From Octopus sinensis (taxonomy: Eukaryota), in NCBI RefSeq assembly GCF_006345805.1, contig NC_043004.1:66278001-66342000 (forward strand): a stretch of 64,000 bases of DNA, in the 5' to 3' direction. Position 1 is the first letter of the stretch, and every line of letters starts with the position of its first letter. Both the position numbers and the translations under genes were made by a program. This document shows, piece after piece, positions 43,173 to 56,063 of this stretch. The notes under the pieces are model-generated. The model was not told the origin of the DNA, searched no databases, and saw nothing but the letters and a program-made list of their open reading frames with translations.

Positions 43173-44444
43173 TAGGGAGGAGCAGAGAAAACGGACAATT
43201 TTGAAATGTCTATTTTTGAGCCCCAGGGGCAGGGCAGGTCCGAAGTGTCTAACAATTCTTTTTTTCTTTTCAGATAAAGCCATGGCGCTGTGGACGATAG
43301 AGCATCGCGGTTTGCCTACGACAATTACATGAAGAATAATGAGTCTGTCACAGCAGTTCAGGGTGAGCTTCGGCTCCACTTCAGTAATCACCAAAATTAG
43401 TGTGTGCTCTCCCGTAATAAAACCTTACATTGGGTGAATGCACTTTGTACACGAGGTACACTAGGAGACTGGTGGTGGAGCCACTAAGGGCACGAACCTC
43501 AGAAAATGTGGAATGCGTCAGACAAGCTTTGATACGGATTCTGAATAGCTCTGCTCGGAGGAATTCCACTTAACTTGACATTGATCGGTAAGGTGTATTT
43601 CGCTTGAAGACCTGCTTTTCCAACCGTACAAATTGGTCACTGGGCAACAGTTGAAACCATAGGACTATGGAGAGCGGCTTAACTTCGCACGTCAGTTGGG
43701 AGCAATTTTGAGGGAAATGAGAGACTCATCTCAATGGCATGGTCAATGAACTGAACTATCGTTACTAGGCTCTTGAAAATATCCGAAAGAACTGCTCCAA
43801 AGACCATTGCACAGCCCAAAAGTGACGGTCTGGTGTGCTGTTGGAAAAATCGCTATCATTGGTCCTTACTTTTTTAAAGACAACAACGGAAATGCTGTTA
43901 CTGGGAACTCCGAGTGTTACATCGAGATGATAATCAGTTTATTTGTTCCACAATTTGGACAAAAACGTAGGCATATTCGACGTGTGTGGTCTCAGTAGGA
44001 TGGGGCGAGTGCGCAGACTGCAAGAGAATCAATGGACGTTCGTCACTCACTATTCGGTGACTGCCTCATCTCCAGATTTCTGACATTCCTTGGCTCCCTC
44101 GGTCCCTTGATTTGTCCATGTGTGATTATTTCTTGTGGGGTAACTTCAAGGCACGTGTGTATGCGCATAAGCCCCATAAATTGGACGATTGAAGGAAGCT
44201 ATTCACGTGGACACCGTCCAAGTCGACAGAGCAATGTTGGAGAGAGTGCAAGCCAACTTCCAAGAAAACTTCAGAAATGCATCAATGGAAACGGATACCA
44301 CTTGATGGATGTTATTTTAAACACACAATTTCGACTAATGTTAATTCAACACGAACACATTGATGGCAATGTCATTTGTTTGCAGCTAAAATTAATGATT
44401 TTTGTGTATTTTTCAAACAAGTCCGTCTTCTCTGCCACACTCTG
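43173..44444 (+). mobile_element. Tc1/mariner DD41D (rosa-type) element, near full length, decayed
   Basis: TIRs TA|TAGGGAGGAGCAGAGAAAACGGAC and GTCCGTCTTCTCTGCCACACTCTG|TA. Protein MALWTIEHR..., HSPKVTVWCA. 41 residues lie between the D of DGAS and the D of CDYFLWG once one missing T is restored. Confidence 0.8.
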
Positions 44445-44952
44445 TATAATTCTATTAATTTCCACAAGAACAGTGGTAATGATGGACTTTGCCATCTGCC
44501 GCATTGTAAATAAGTAAGAAATAAAATATGACACATTACAATAATTAGAAATAGGACAAAAAAGAAAACTGGATAATTCTCATAAACTGTGATGCTGTGT
44601 CGATTTATATTTAAAATTTCTTTTATTGCTAATAACTTTCAGAAATATTAGATTATGGAATCTATTGCATTTTGGAAATGATTGTAGGCGCAGTGTAGTA
44701 TTAGGATTTCTGCGCTCAGACATAACTTGGAAACCATTATCAGCAGAATCGGATTATGTCGGTCAAAGGCAACGTGCTTTGAATGTCTATTAAGAATATT
44801 GAATATCTATGCCAATACTTGATTGGCTACGTACGTATTGAGGAATTACGCTCGCAGTTTCCAAGCTTTAGATGTAAAACTAGTGGCTCCTGGTTATTGA
44901 CATGCATACACATGTATGCATGAGATTATGCATGTTTGTATACATGCACATA

Positions 44953-44984
<32 letters not shown>

Positions 44985-45029
44985 ACATATATATATATAC
45001 ATACGTATATATATATATATATGTATGTA

Positions 45030-45052
45030 TAATAATAATAATAATAATAATG

Positions 45053-45109
<57 letters not shown>

Positions 45110-45226
45110 TGCCTGGTGTACCCTTATCAGACGGGTAGTCATGATGGGTATATTGGGCTTCGTATATTTTACCCCAGTGTCACTTTGATGGCATGAACTG
45201 CTCTCTCACTCAATAATAATAATAAT
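45030..45226 (+). mobile_element. ~100-bp retroelement 3' tip embedded in an (AAT)n array
   Basis: Unique 45109-45211 with (AAT)n on both sides; ends CTCTCTCACTC-AATAATAAT. LINE origin is inference. Confidence 0.45.
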
Positions 45227-45372
45227 GATATGAGGGAAGATTATTCGAAACTTACAGGGAAAAATTCAATTTAGAAATACTAAATCAAATTTCACAAAAT
45301 ATAATATATATATATTCACACACACACACGCACACACACACACACACCACACACACACACAACACACACACG

Positions 45373-45416
<44 letters not shown>

Positions 45417-45433
45417 ATATATATAGATGTATA

Positions 45434-46490
45434 TACATCGGACAAACGGGACGCCGCTTGGCTGACCGGTTCGCGGAACACCTCCGTGATATCCGCCTTG
45501 CCAACGACTCACCGGTCTCAAGCCATTTTCACTCCACCGGTTACTCCTTGAAACCCCTGTCTGTGTTCGGTTTGTCCTTGCACGGAGGCCATCCGGATTC
45601 CCGTTTGCGCCGTGAACAGGGATTAATCTTCGCTCTTTTACGCCATTTTGTCTTAACTCTCCCCATCTCCTCATCTAACCTACCCCCTGACTCCTACTCC
45701 CCTTCAGTCCTTCATATTTTCACCCCTACTCTCATTCCCTCCACTTCCCTTCTTCCCTCCTCTTCTTTCCTCTTTCTTCTTCCCTCTTCCCCTTCTCTCT
45801 TTCTCTCTACTCCCTCACTCCCATTCTCTCCCCCTTTCTCCCCCTCCCCTCCCATCCTTTCCCATCCCATCCTCTTCTCCTCCCCTTCCTTCTCCCATCC
45901 CCCTCCCTACTCCCAACTCTTCTCCTCTTTCCTTCTCTCTCCCTTCTCCCTCCTCTCCTTCCTTCTTCCCCCATCCCCCTCCCTAATCCCCCCTCTTCTC
46001 TTTCCTTCACCCTCTCCCCATCTCCCTCATCTCATCCCCCCTATCTCTCCTCCCTCCTCCACCCTCTCCCCCTCATCTCCTCTCTCTACACTACACCATA
46101 CGACGTTACACATCACATCATACATACATACACACGTCCACACCTCTCATACGCACATACATACTCTCTCATACACATACGCACCCTTATGTTGGGGCGA
46201 AGCCATTTGACCCTGTTATCTCCCCTACTTTCCCTCTTGTGTCTCACGTCTGATCTCTGACTTCTGGCCGAAATCAGACTGCCATGTTGATTCGTTAGCT
46301 TCTGCACGCATTTTTTTTCTCTCCTTGTTTCTCTCCGTGTTTCTTTTCTGTGTATCTTTCTGTTGAAGAGCGTAGGCTCGAAACGTAAAAGACTTGTTTT
46401 ATTTCTATTCCTGAGCGCCATACGAATACACTTGTTTGTTTGTACTCCACCTGCCTTCGTCTTTTGTTTATTTTCATAAAGCTTCCCGTT
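45434..46490 (+). mobile_element. Penelope-like element 3' fragment (GIY-YIG end, pyrimidine tract, pLTR)
   Basis: YIGQTGRRLADRFAEHLRDIR...; same family as 54626-56198. Confidence 0.85.
46355..46392 (+). ncRNA. Minimal hammerhead, variant core CUGUUGA
   Basis: tcttt-CTGTTGA-a-gagc-gtag-gctc-GAAAC-GTA-aaaga. Confidence 0.7.
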
Positions 46491-46514
46491 ATATATATAT
46501 ATATATATATATAT

Positions 46515-46556
<42 letters not shown>

Positions 46557-46707
46557 TATATATATATATAATATAATAATAAGAGTAAATAATTTCTATA
46601 AAGGCTTTTAAAAAAAACCCAATTATTTACTGGTAGAATTCGGTATGTAAATATAGCCGATTACGGCAGGAACTTTGTTAAAGTTCAGTATTAATATTGT
46701 ATATAAG

Positions 46708-46867
46708 AAAAAGGGGACAGGCAAAACAGGTTGCTTGACCGCATACCGAAAAAATAGAAATAGCAGTCAAGAATGCTTATTTCTATCAAAGTTGATAGAA
46801 ATAAGCATTCTTGACTGCTATTTTTTTCGGTATGCAGTCAAGCAACCTGTTTTGCCTGTCCCTTTTT
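46708..46867. repeat. Hairpin palindrome, ~80-bp arms, 2-nt loop
   Basis: AAAAAGGGGACAGGC...TTTCTATCAA-AG-TTGATAGAAA...GCCTGTCCCTTTTT; one 5-nt indel. Confidence 0.9.
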
Positions 46868-47690
46868 TTATTATATATATATATATATATATTATATGTA
46901 TATATATACATTATCTCACTTCAATAATAAAAAAAACTGAATTATGCCATACAGAAAATTAAATTACGTATATATATATATATAATATATATATATATAT
47001 ATGAATGCATTACAACCCATCTTGCCAGCGTGAACCCACTACCGTTAACTCTAATGACTGACACTATATTTCCGATCGTTTGATAGTTGTCTAGGAGAAT
47101 TTTTCTCTGCCGCCAACAACTTGGTTTTATCTCTGACATGTTGTCGATTTTTATTCGCAGTTAGATAACTATAATAATTTTGATACTCTTATAGATACGG
47201 ATTAAGTCTTTTGATACACATACACGTTGTTGATATATATTCTGTTCTTAATTTTTAATGTCTCGTGACTAGATGTATATATACACATTGGATATATATG
47301 TATCTAAGTTGTGGTTTCTTTGGTTTGTTCCCAAACATTTATTTTAGTGATGCTAGCACCGCCTGATTAAATGGTACAGCCCAAGTGTCGAAAGAATAAT
47401 AATATCCGTCGGGCAGCTAATGATGGAAGTATGTTGGATTGTTGGTATGGCTTCGGAATAGTATTATAAACATCATTTCTATATAATATATTATAAATAT
47501 ATATATATATATGTAAATATTATATATATATATATATTATATATATATATAAAGAATAAAAAGTTTTGAATGGTGCAACAATGCCGTATAATACAAACAA
47601 TGGGCTATATACCTGTTGTAATTCAGTCATCCATAGTCTGATACTCTTAGATGGAGTCGCTGCTATAAACAGTTTTCCAACGGCTTTTTG

Positions 47691-47737
<47 letters not shown>

Positions 47738-48253
47738 AACAATTTAATAAATAAAACATATGCATACATACATATATGTACATACCTACATCTATATACA
47801 TATATACATGCATATATGAGTACAGGACGCCACAAATAAACGTAGAACACAACGAGAAACGAAAACATAAAACCAAACAAGGAAACGGGCTTTTTTTAAC
47901 AACCAAAAAAGCAGAGTACAATACAAGCAACACAAGGAACATTCCCCTTCTTCAGCTGCCCCTGTTTCGACTCAATGTGTGTTATAAATATATACATACA
48001 AATAATATGATCTAATTCTTTCCGACCGAACATCAGGAACCTTAAGAGAAAATTACCCTTAGAAAGCGTGAAAATTTGCCAAACCACCATCTTTGGAAAT
48101 CGATCTCATATCACATGAAGACTTTGGCCAAGTGCTTTATCATGCAATCTGCTTTGTAAATGTAATTCACTCAAGAATCATGTCGTTCTAACGGCATTGC
48201 TGCATTCGAAAATTATCTCATTTTATTTATATAAACATTTCAGGGGGACAGTT

Positions 48254-48305
48254 AACAACTGGATGAGGGATCGATGCTGGATGTGTCGAAACAATTGCCG
48301 TTATT
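48254..48305 (+). ncRNA. Degenerate hammerhead relic
   Basis: aacaa-CTGGATGA...GAAAC-aatt-GCC-gttatt; core and cleavage triplet are both altered. Confidence 0.35.
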
Positions 48306-48354
48306 AATAAATCCTCGGTATATTCCGAGGAATGTGTTGTACCAAAGCTATAAG

Positions 48355-48454
48355 CCATAGTAGAAACAACCGTGCAGGGAACCACGTAGTGGGACGAAAC
48401 CGGGAACCTTTGGTTGGGCAGGAAACGTCTTGACACACAGCCAAGTCAGCGCCT
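48355..48454 (-). mobile_element. SINE tRNA-head fragment, family of 28915-29293
   Basis: Minus strand GGCGCTGACTTGGCTGTGTG...GGTTTCGTCCCACTACGTGG. Confidence 0.55.
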
Positions 48455-49507
48455 ATAAAAAAGCATAAATACATGCACATACATTCTTACACGGGTACAT
48501 TGCATACTTACACGGGTACCACCTTGCTATTAATGTTGTCTCTCTTGCTTATCAAGTCTCTTCTTTGCTACTGTTCAGTAAACCTTGGACCGTACTTCGA
48601 AACACGTTCAGTAAAACTTATATGCCCTCAAAAATTACCTTTAACTTGCAGCATTTATAAATGTTATACGAATTAAAATCCCATTCTTTTACGCTAGCCA
48701 TTGCTTATGTATGGAAGAACATAAATTATGCTCTTCTTCAGAGCATAGGTTGAACGATATCACTTATATAAACATTCGAATGTGACTCTAAAATCGAGCA
48801 TTTACATATCTTTAGATCGACGTTAAATGAGAGCATCATTTTCTAGTCACAAAACATTAAAAATTATGATCAGAACATATCTCAACAAGGTGTATACGTA
48901 TCAAAAGGCTCAATCCGTATCTGTAAGTGTATCAAAATTATTATAGCTATGTAACTGCGAATAAAAATCGACAACAGGTCAGAGATAAAACCAAGCTGTT
49001 GGCATCAGAGAAAAGTTCTGCTACACAACTATCAAATGCTCGGTAATATGGTGTCAGTCGTAAGAGCTGACAGTACAGGTTTCACGTCCGCAAGGCGGGT
49101 CATAATGCATTCGTACGAAAAGTCCATCCAAGATAGTTTTACTTCATTTCTGCATAAATAAATACCGTTTATCTCAACCAATGATATTATTATGCGGGAT
49201 CATTTATCAACATACGACATAACGTATCAATAATTGTATGAATGAATGTAATTGTAAATGAGAGAATAAATAGATCCACATGTGTTTACAACAACACTAA
49301 ACTTTAAAATATATATGTACCTATGTGCACACACACATATACACACACATGTATGTATAAATATATATATATATTTATATATATATACTTCGCTTTTCCA
49401 ATCTGGGTTCTAAGGTGCATGATATGAATCCTTGTGTGTAAACATAATTTTGCATAGTCTTATGTTATATATATATATATGTGTGTGTGTGTATGTGTAT
49501 ATATAAT

Positions 49508-49567
<60 letters not shown>

Positions 49568-50089
49568 CAGAGAGGGAGAGAGAGAACAAAAATGGGAGAG
49601 AACAAAAATAGGTAGATAGATAGGTAGATATTTATATGTCTCCCTAAAACATGAATATGCACGAATACATACGCAGGACTATATACTTACAGATCTACGT
49701 AATATATACTAATTCTATGCGTTATTGAATGGATTGGAATGTGAAAAATATTTTATCCACAAAACGGCTGTATTTTCATGTCAATATATTGATAATATAA
49801 TCAAATATAATCAATCCCACTTCTTCTCCCTCCCTCCCACCCTCTTGCTCTCTCTCATACCTAGAAACAGTCAGAGACACATTCACATACATACAGCTAT
49901 ACCTAAAGATACATATGTATATATACATGGCTTTACTCTTTTAATACATGCATATATAATATTATATACTATATATATATATATATATGAATACACACAC
50001 ATTTATGTATGTATATATTATATATATATATATATATATGTAATATATATATATATCATAAATATATGTATATATATATATATAATATA

Positions 50090-50139
<50 letters not shown>

Positions 50140-50722
50140 TACATAAATGTGTGTGTATTCATATATATTATATTTAGAGAGACAGTGAGTGGGTGAGAAA
50201 GAGAGAAAGAGATATGTATGATAATCAATTGTTGTTTAGAGATCAGTGCGTTGGTGTATGTGTGTGTGTGTGTGCTAATGTGCGTTTTTATGTGTCTATG
50301 TGTACATAATTATATACGTACGTGATGTTTGAGAAAATTAGTAACAGTTCGCAACTGCAACATCGAACGAATTACATTATTTAGCGATGTACGTTTGAGA
50401 TCAAATGTTGGTTTTAACATTGAGAAAGGAAAACTAAATCAAAAACATATATATATATGAATTAAGCGGAAAGATTCGTAATTTCCATTCGATCTGGAGG
50501 TAAAATTTATCGACCAGAAATACAATTATACTAAGAAAGAAACGAAATGAAACCAAAACTCTACACACATAGAAACACATACGCAAACACATCTACATAT
50601 CTACAAATGTATCTATAATCTCTCTCTCTCTCTTTTTCTCTCCATCATTCGCTCTCTATCTACCACATGTCTACACATAAGTATATATACACATACACAT
50701 GCATAAGTATGCATAAATATGG

Positions 50723-50764
<42 letters not shown>

Positions 50765-51699
50765 CGTGCGTGTGTGTATATATATATATACATATATTGC
50801 ATGCAAAAAATATAGTATGCAATTATATATATATATATATACATGTACGTATGTATATAAAAATACAATAAAAATAATGATATTGCTATAACGTACCTGT
50901 GCACATACATGCAAATATACGCACAAAGACACACACAATGATACACATATATATGTATATAAATGCCTAATTTTCTACTATATGTATATAGGTACATGTT
51001 TATATATGTGTTTGTGATTGCGTTAAAGTATTCATGCACGCACATACTTATTTGTCTTACATACACAGGTATACACCCGCTTATGTGTGTGCGTGCGTGT
51101 TACATATATGGCGAGTGATAATTTGGGAGAATTGAATGATAAACGCTGATAACCGTGGATTTTGTGAGGTCATCAATGCTTGCGTGATTTCAGGGACCCA
51201 CGGGATGAAGAAAATATACTGGGCATTTACATGTAGTCTGCTGTGAATTCTTGCCACACGTACCCTATCGTAATTGATAACAATTTTTGAGGCTGTTCAT
51301 TAATAGTGATAAACCTAACCCACGCAGGCACACACAGAATCACATATTAATATATGTGTTTGTGTGTCTGTGTATGAGCCTCAGTGTGTGTATGTGTGTT
51401 TTTATGAGAGTACAAAATTCTTACATGATTGTAAGCAAACGCCTTAACTATATATACATTTTACAGACCACAAAAAGTTTACAGCGTACAGAAATATATA
51501 AACAAATAATTGTATATGTCTGCATATTATTTCTTTGCGTACTTTTCTTTTCTCACTGACACATATTTACACAGACTTTTATCCTGTAACACGAACAGAT
51601 ATCTATTCATCTATTGATCTATCTATGTATCTATGAATATGTATTTCAATATACACACATATATATATACATATGTGTGTGTGTGTGTGTGTGTGACCT

Positions 51700-51903
51700 C
51701 ATGTGTATCGCTGGCGATTTTGTTTCCTCTGTCTTCCCTTCTCGGGATCTTTCCTTCTCCTATGTTTCCGACGAAGAGCTCTGCTCGAAACGTTAAACCC
51801 TCCTTCTTTCCTTCTTTCCTGAGCGTCCAATAATACTTTATTTGTTCCACGTCCTCGTGTTGCTGTGTTATTTTGTTTTTTTTTTGTGTTTTCTTGTTTG
51901 GAT

Positions 51904-51908
<5 letters not shown>
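51700..51908 (+). mobile_element. Solo PLE pseudo-LTR, sister family of the 46.3/56.0 kb pLTRs
   Basis: Shares GAGC..GCTCGAAACGT and TTCCTGAGCG; ends at (TA)n. Confidence 0.6.
51764..51798 (+). ncRNA. Minimal hammerhead, core CCGACGA
   Basis: gttt-CCGACGA-a-gagc-tct-gctc-GAAAC-GTT-aaac. Confidence 0.65.
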
Positions 51909-51951
<43 letters not shown>

Positions 51952-52337
51952 TATATATATGTACCCATGTATCTTTGCATACAAACACACACAAATACAT
52001 GCAGACGCACACAAATATATACCAGCGACTGAAAAATTGTGAGTGGCGATCAAATAGTGGATGTTACATACATATTTCATAACATTTGGACTCAATTCCC
52101 TCTGATGAGATATTACGTGACATCTCGACATTTACTGGAAGAAGAAGGGGAGGTAAGAGATAAATCCAAAGGGGCTTCAAAATGTTCCGCTTGTATAGGT
52201 GAGTTCTGGTCACTCGGTACCAACACTGTGAGACTAACGATGGCATTTCCCTTTATTTATAGGTGATCGGACTGGATTTAGGCAAGATGCTATGGTGTCA
52301 TTGAGAGTAGGCTCCAATATAGTTGTATCCAGCCATA

Positions 52338-52722
52338 GTGGAGGCGCTATGGCCCAGTGGTTAGGGCAGCGAACTCGCGGTCATAGGATCACGGTTTCGA
52401 TTCCCAGACCGGGCGTTCTGAGTGTTTATTGAGCGAAAACACCTAAAAGCTCCACGAGGCTCCGGCAGGGGATGGTGGTGATCCCTGCAGTACTCTTCCT
52501 CCACAACTTTCTTTCACTCTTACTTCCTGTTTCTGTTGTACCTGTATTTCAAGGGGCCGGGCTTGTCACTCTCTGTGTCACGCTGAATATCCCCGAGAAC
52601 TACATTAAGGGTGCACGTGTCTGTGGAGTTTTCAGCCACTTACACGTTAATTTCACGAGCAGGCTGTTCCGTTGATTCGGATCAACCGGAGCCCTCATCG
52701 TCGTAACCGACGGAGTGCTTCC
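52338..52722 (+). mobile_element. Full-length tRNA-derived SINE with 11-bp TSD
   Basis: TSD ATCCAGCCATA at 52327-52337 and 52723-52733; A-box TGGCCCAGTGG, B-box-like GTTTCGATTCCC. Confidence 0.92.
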
Positions 52723-52996
52723 ATCCAGCCATATCAGTTACTTGAACTGGGCACTGCACATTATATTCTGGGATTTTGGCGCGAGTCACCAGCATTAAGA
52801 CAATGGAGCCTTAAGTCAACGGCAGCAGTCTTTATGTGTAACACGTTTTGATGTTGTTGGATTACATCTGATGCAGGATGATCAACATTGTTGGGGGATG
52901 TATCTATGTGGCTTGCAGGGATTAAAATTTACGTGGCAATAAATCTAAAGTATCAATGTATTCGTGCTCATTTATAGATTTTACCTCTGGTAGCAA

Positions 52997-53315
52997 CATC
53001 ATCATCATTCATCATTGTTCGACCATAGTCGAGACAATGGAATTTACCATGCTACGCCAGACTTCACAGTCCATCATGGCATTACGGAGGTCCTGTTGCT
53101 GGATGCCTGTATCCCTGGAGATTACATCAGGGTAGGAGAGTGAGCTCTCATAAGGAGACGAGTGTAGGTTCTATCCAACCGCCTCTGAAGCTTCTTTGAT
53201 AACGTCCAGGTTTCTGAGCCATATAGTAGAATTGGTTCGACTGTGGCTTTAGAATTGGTTCGACTAAGTCTCTACTTAGGTTTGATGACAAGATCTTATG
53301 CATGTCATAAGCAAC
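52997..53315 (-). mobile_element. RTE-clade LINE 3' fragment with internal deletion
   Basis: Manual translation across frames: DMHKILSSNLSRDL, VEPI-LYGSETWTLSKKLQRRLDRTYTRLLMRA, LSYPDVISRDTGIQQQDLRNAMMDCEVWRSMV*; (GAT)n tail. Confidence 0.7.
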
Positions 53316-53641
53316 AATAAAATAGATCATTCCTCCAGTTGATGAATAGCGCAGATTGGTGGAGTACTTCTAGGGTCATGGAATCTCAAGATGAAGAAGC
53401 ATATGTAAGCAGAGTTTTCCATACCACTGCAGCGGAAGGATTGCATTTTCTGCGTATAACATTCCTTGGTGTGTTGTTTTACTTGTGTAGCGTCAGGAGA
53501 TCCTATCTGAATGATTGAGTGTGGTGTTACAGACTATAGCCTTGTGAAGACAAGATCCTCCTAGTTGGCACCTCATATGAGTTCATAAGTTACGTTTTGT
53601 GGAGTCAATAGCGGGCCATGAAGAAAATGAAGGTAGATACA

Positions 53642-53659
53642 TAGATAGATAGATAGATG

Positions 53660-53730
<71 letters not shown>
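53642..53730. repeat. (GATA)n microsatellite
   Basis: Direct reading. Confidence 0.95.
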
Positions 53731-53732
<2 letters not shown>

Positions 53733-54319
53733 GAAGAGAAGGGCAGATGACATAACCGCCTAGATAGATAGAGAGGGAGAGAGGGGCAGATGAAATATAA
53801 CCGCCTGAACAGTAAGTTCTGACATAACATTTAATTTTTAAGAATTCTCAAATTTACCATGTTCCATAAAACTTTAAGATTTAAATGACTTTTTCAAATC
53901 CTTCAGATTAATTCTGATGACAGAAATATAGATGGTTGTTATGGTTGGAATTAACTTGCCCGTACCAACCTATATCTTCTCGAAACAGCGGTCAGATTTT
54001 GCACCTGCTCCAGATTCCTTTTAAATCATTCATACCAAATTTCTCATCTACTTAGATTACCGCTATACATTCATCTCAACACTCGCAAGTTCATTTATGT
54101 ATTTTTATATATTTATATATTTATAAATTTTTATATATCTTATGTATATGTATGCACCTACGTATACTGTGGAATTGCCCGACACTTTGAAATATGTTGA
54201 GTGAATATGAACATTGAACTTTGGAATATGTTTTCTCTTTCTTGATTTTATATTCCTGAAACTCTATTAGAGCGCTAATTAGTTGTGCTGTGTAAGGAGA
54301 TAATTACCCCATTTAATTC

Positions 54320-54357
<38 letters not shown>

Positions 54358-54374
54358 TATAAATATATTATATA

Positions 54375-54434
<60 letters not shown>

Positions 54435-54535
54435 ATATATATATAGGGAGAGTTTACGATTAATAACAAAAGACGAAGAGAGGTGGTGTACAAAACAAAC
54501 AGATATATTAGTATAATGCTCAGGAATAGAAAAGG

Positions 54536-54571
54536 CTTTTACGTTTCGAGCCTAAGCTCTTCTACAGAAAG
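54536..54571 (-). ncRNA. Minimal hammerhead, variant core CUGUAGA
   Basis: cttt-CTGTAGA-a-gagc-ttag-gctc-GAAAC-GTA-aaag. Confidence 0.7.
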
Positions 54572-56063
54572 GGTCACAGAAATAACAAGGAGAGAAAAAC
54601 TGTGTGTAGTGGCTAATGAACGGTCATGGCGACTGTTCTCACCACTATCCACACCGCCCTTGCCAGAGCACGGTCCGTGGACCGTGTATCTGCTCTCTCT
54701 CCCCGAACCCGCCCTGTAGTCTCCCGCCTCCCTTTTCCCCTCACTTACCACCCCACGACCCTACGTCTCCAACGCACCATTCTTCGAGCTTTCCGTCATC
54801 TCCAGTCCGACCCGTCCACTTCACACCTCTTCCCTAACCGACCCCTCCCCTCTTTCAAACGAGCCCACAACCTTCGAGACCTTTTGGTCCATAGCTCCTT
54901 CCCTGACCCTACCTCCCAACCCGGTTCGTTCCCCTGCTCCCGCCCACGTTGCCGCACTTGCCCTTACCTCTCCAACACCACCCGCCTCACTAGCACCCAC
55001 CATCGACCCTATCCCATTATCCACTCCTTCACCTGCACCTCCAGCAATATTATCTATTGCATCTCTTGCTCTCTCTGCAATTCCTTGTACATCGGAAAAC
55101 GGGACGCCGCTTGGCTGACCGGTTCGCGGAACACCTTCGTGACATCCACCTTGCGAACGACACACCGGTCTCACGCCATTTCCGCTCCACCGGTCACTCC
55201 TTGCAACACCTATCTGTGTTCGGTTTGTCCTTACACAGAGGCCATCCGGATTCCCGTTTGCGCCGTGAACAGAAATTAATCTTCTCTCTTCGCTCTTATA
55301 CGCCATTTGGTCTCAACTCTCCCCTTCCTCATCTAACCCCCTCTCCCCCATCCTCACCTATCCTTTCTCCCCCGACCCCTACTTCTTCAGTCCTTCATCC
55401 TTTCACCCCCACTCCCCTTCCCTTCTTCCCTCTTTCTCCCTCCCTCTTCCCCCTCCCTCTGCTCCCTCAACTCCCTCTCTCCCCGTCTTCTCTCTCCCCC
55501 TCTCCTCTTTCTCCCTTCATCCCCCTCCTCCCCTTCCTTCCCACATCCTTTCTCCTCCCCCTTTTCTTCCCCTCCCCTTCTCTCCCCCCCTCTTCTGCCC
55601 CTCCCCCTCTTCTCACAACACCACATAACTTTACACATCACATCACATATGATGTGCCATACTAATACACACACCAACTAATACATACTAATACGCACTA
55701 ATACATACTAGTACATACTAATACTTACACCAACCTATACATACACACGTCCAGACCCCGCATACGCATATAACTCTCTCACACACACACACACACACAC
55801 CTATACATACCAATACGTACTAATACATACTAATACATACTAATACATACACCAACCCCATACATACGCACGTCCAGACCAATCCTACGCACTTTTAGCT
55901 GGTCCCTCAACCCTTTTATCAACACTATTATCTCCCCTTATTTCGCTCTCGGCTCATGTTTGATCTTGACCTCTGGCCGAAATCAGATCGCCATGTTGAT
56001 TCGTTAGCTACTGCACGCATTTTTTTTTCTCTCTTCTTTTCTTGGTTTTCTCTCTCTGTGTAC

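Larger units (their letters stand above)
47002..49113. mobile_element. Candidate non-autonomous DNA transposon with 272-bp TIRs, TA-flanked
   Basis: 47002-47273 is a diverged reverse complement of 48842-49113; outer ends TA|(T/C)GAATGCATT on both sides. No transposase recognised inside. Confidence 0.6.

Noticed and set aside
47945-47975. GAAAC...CTGAAGA on the minus strand as a permuted hammerhead
   Set aside because: Only 8 nt separate the motifs, too few for stems III and I plus a cleavage site.
52102-52130. CTGATGA followed by a short hairpin
   Set aside because: Followed by GACAT rather than GAAAC; no stem III.
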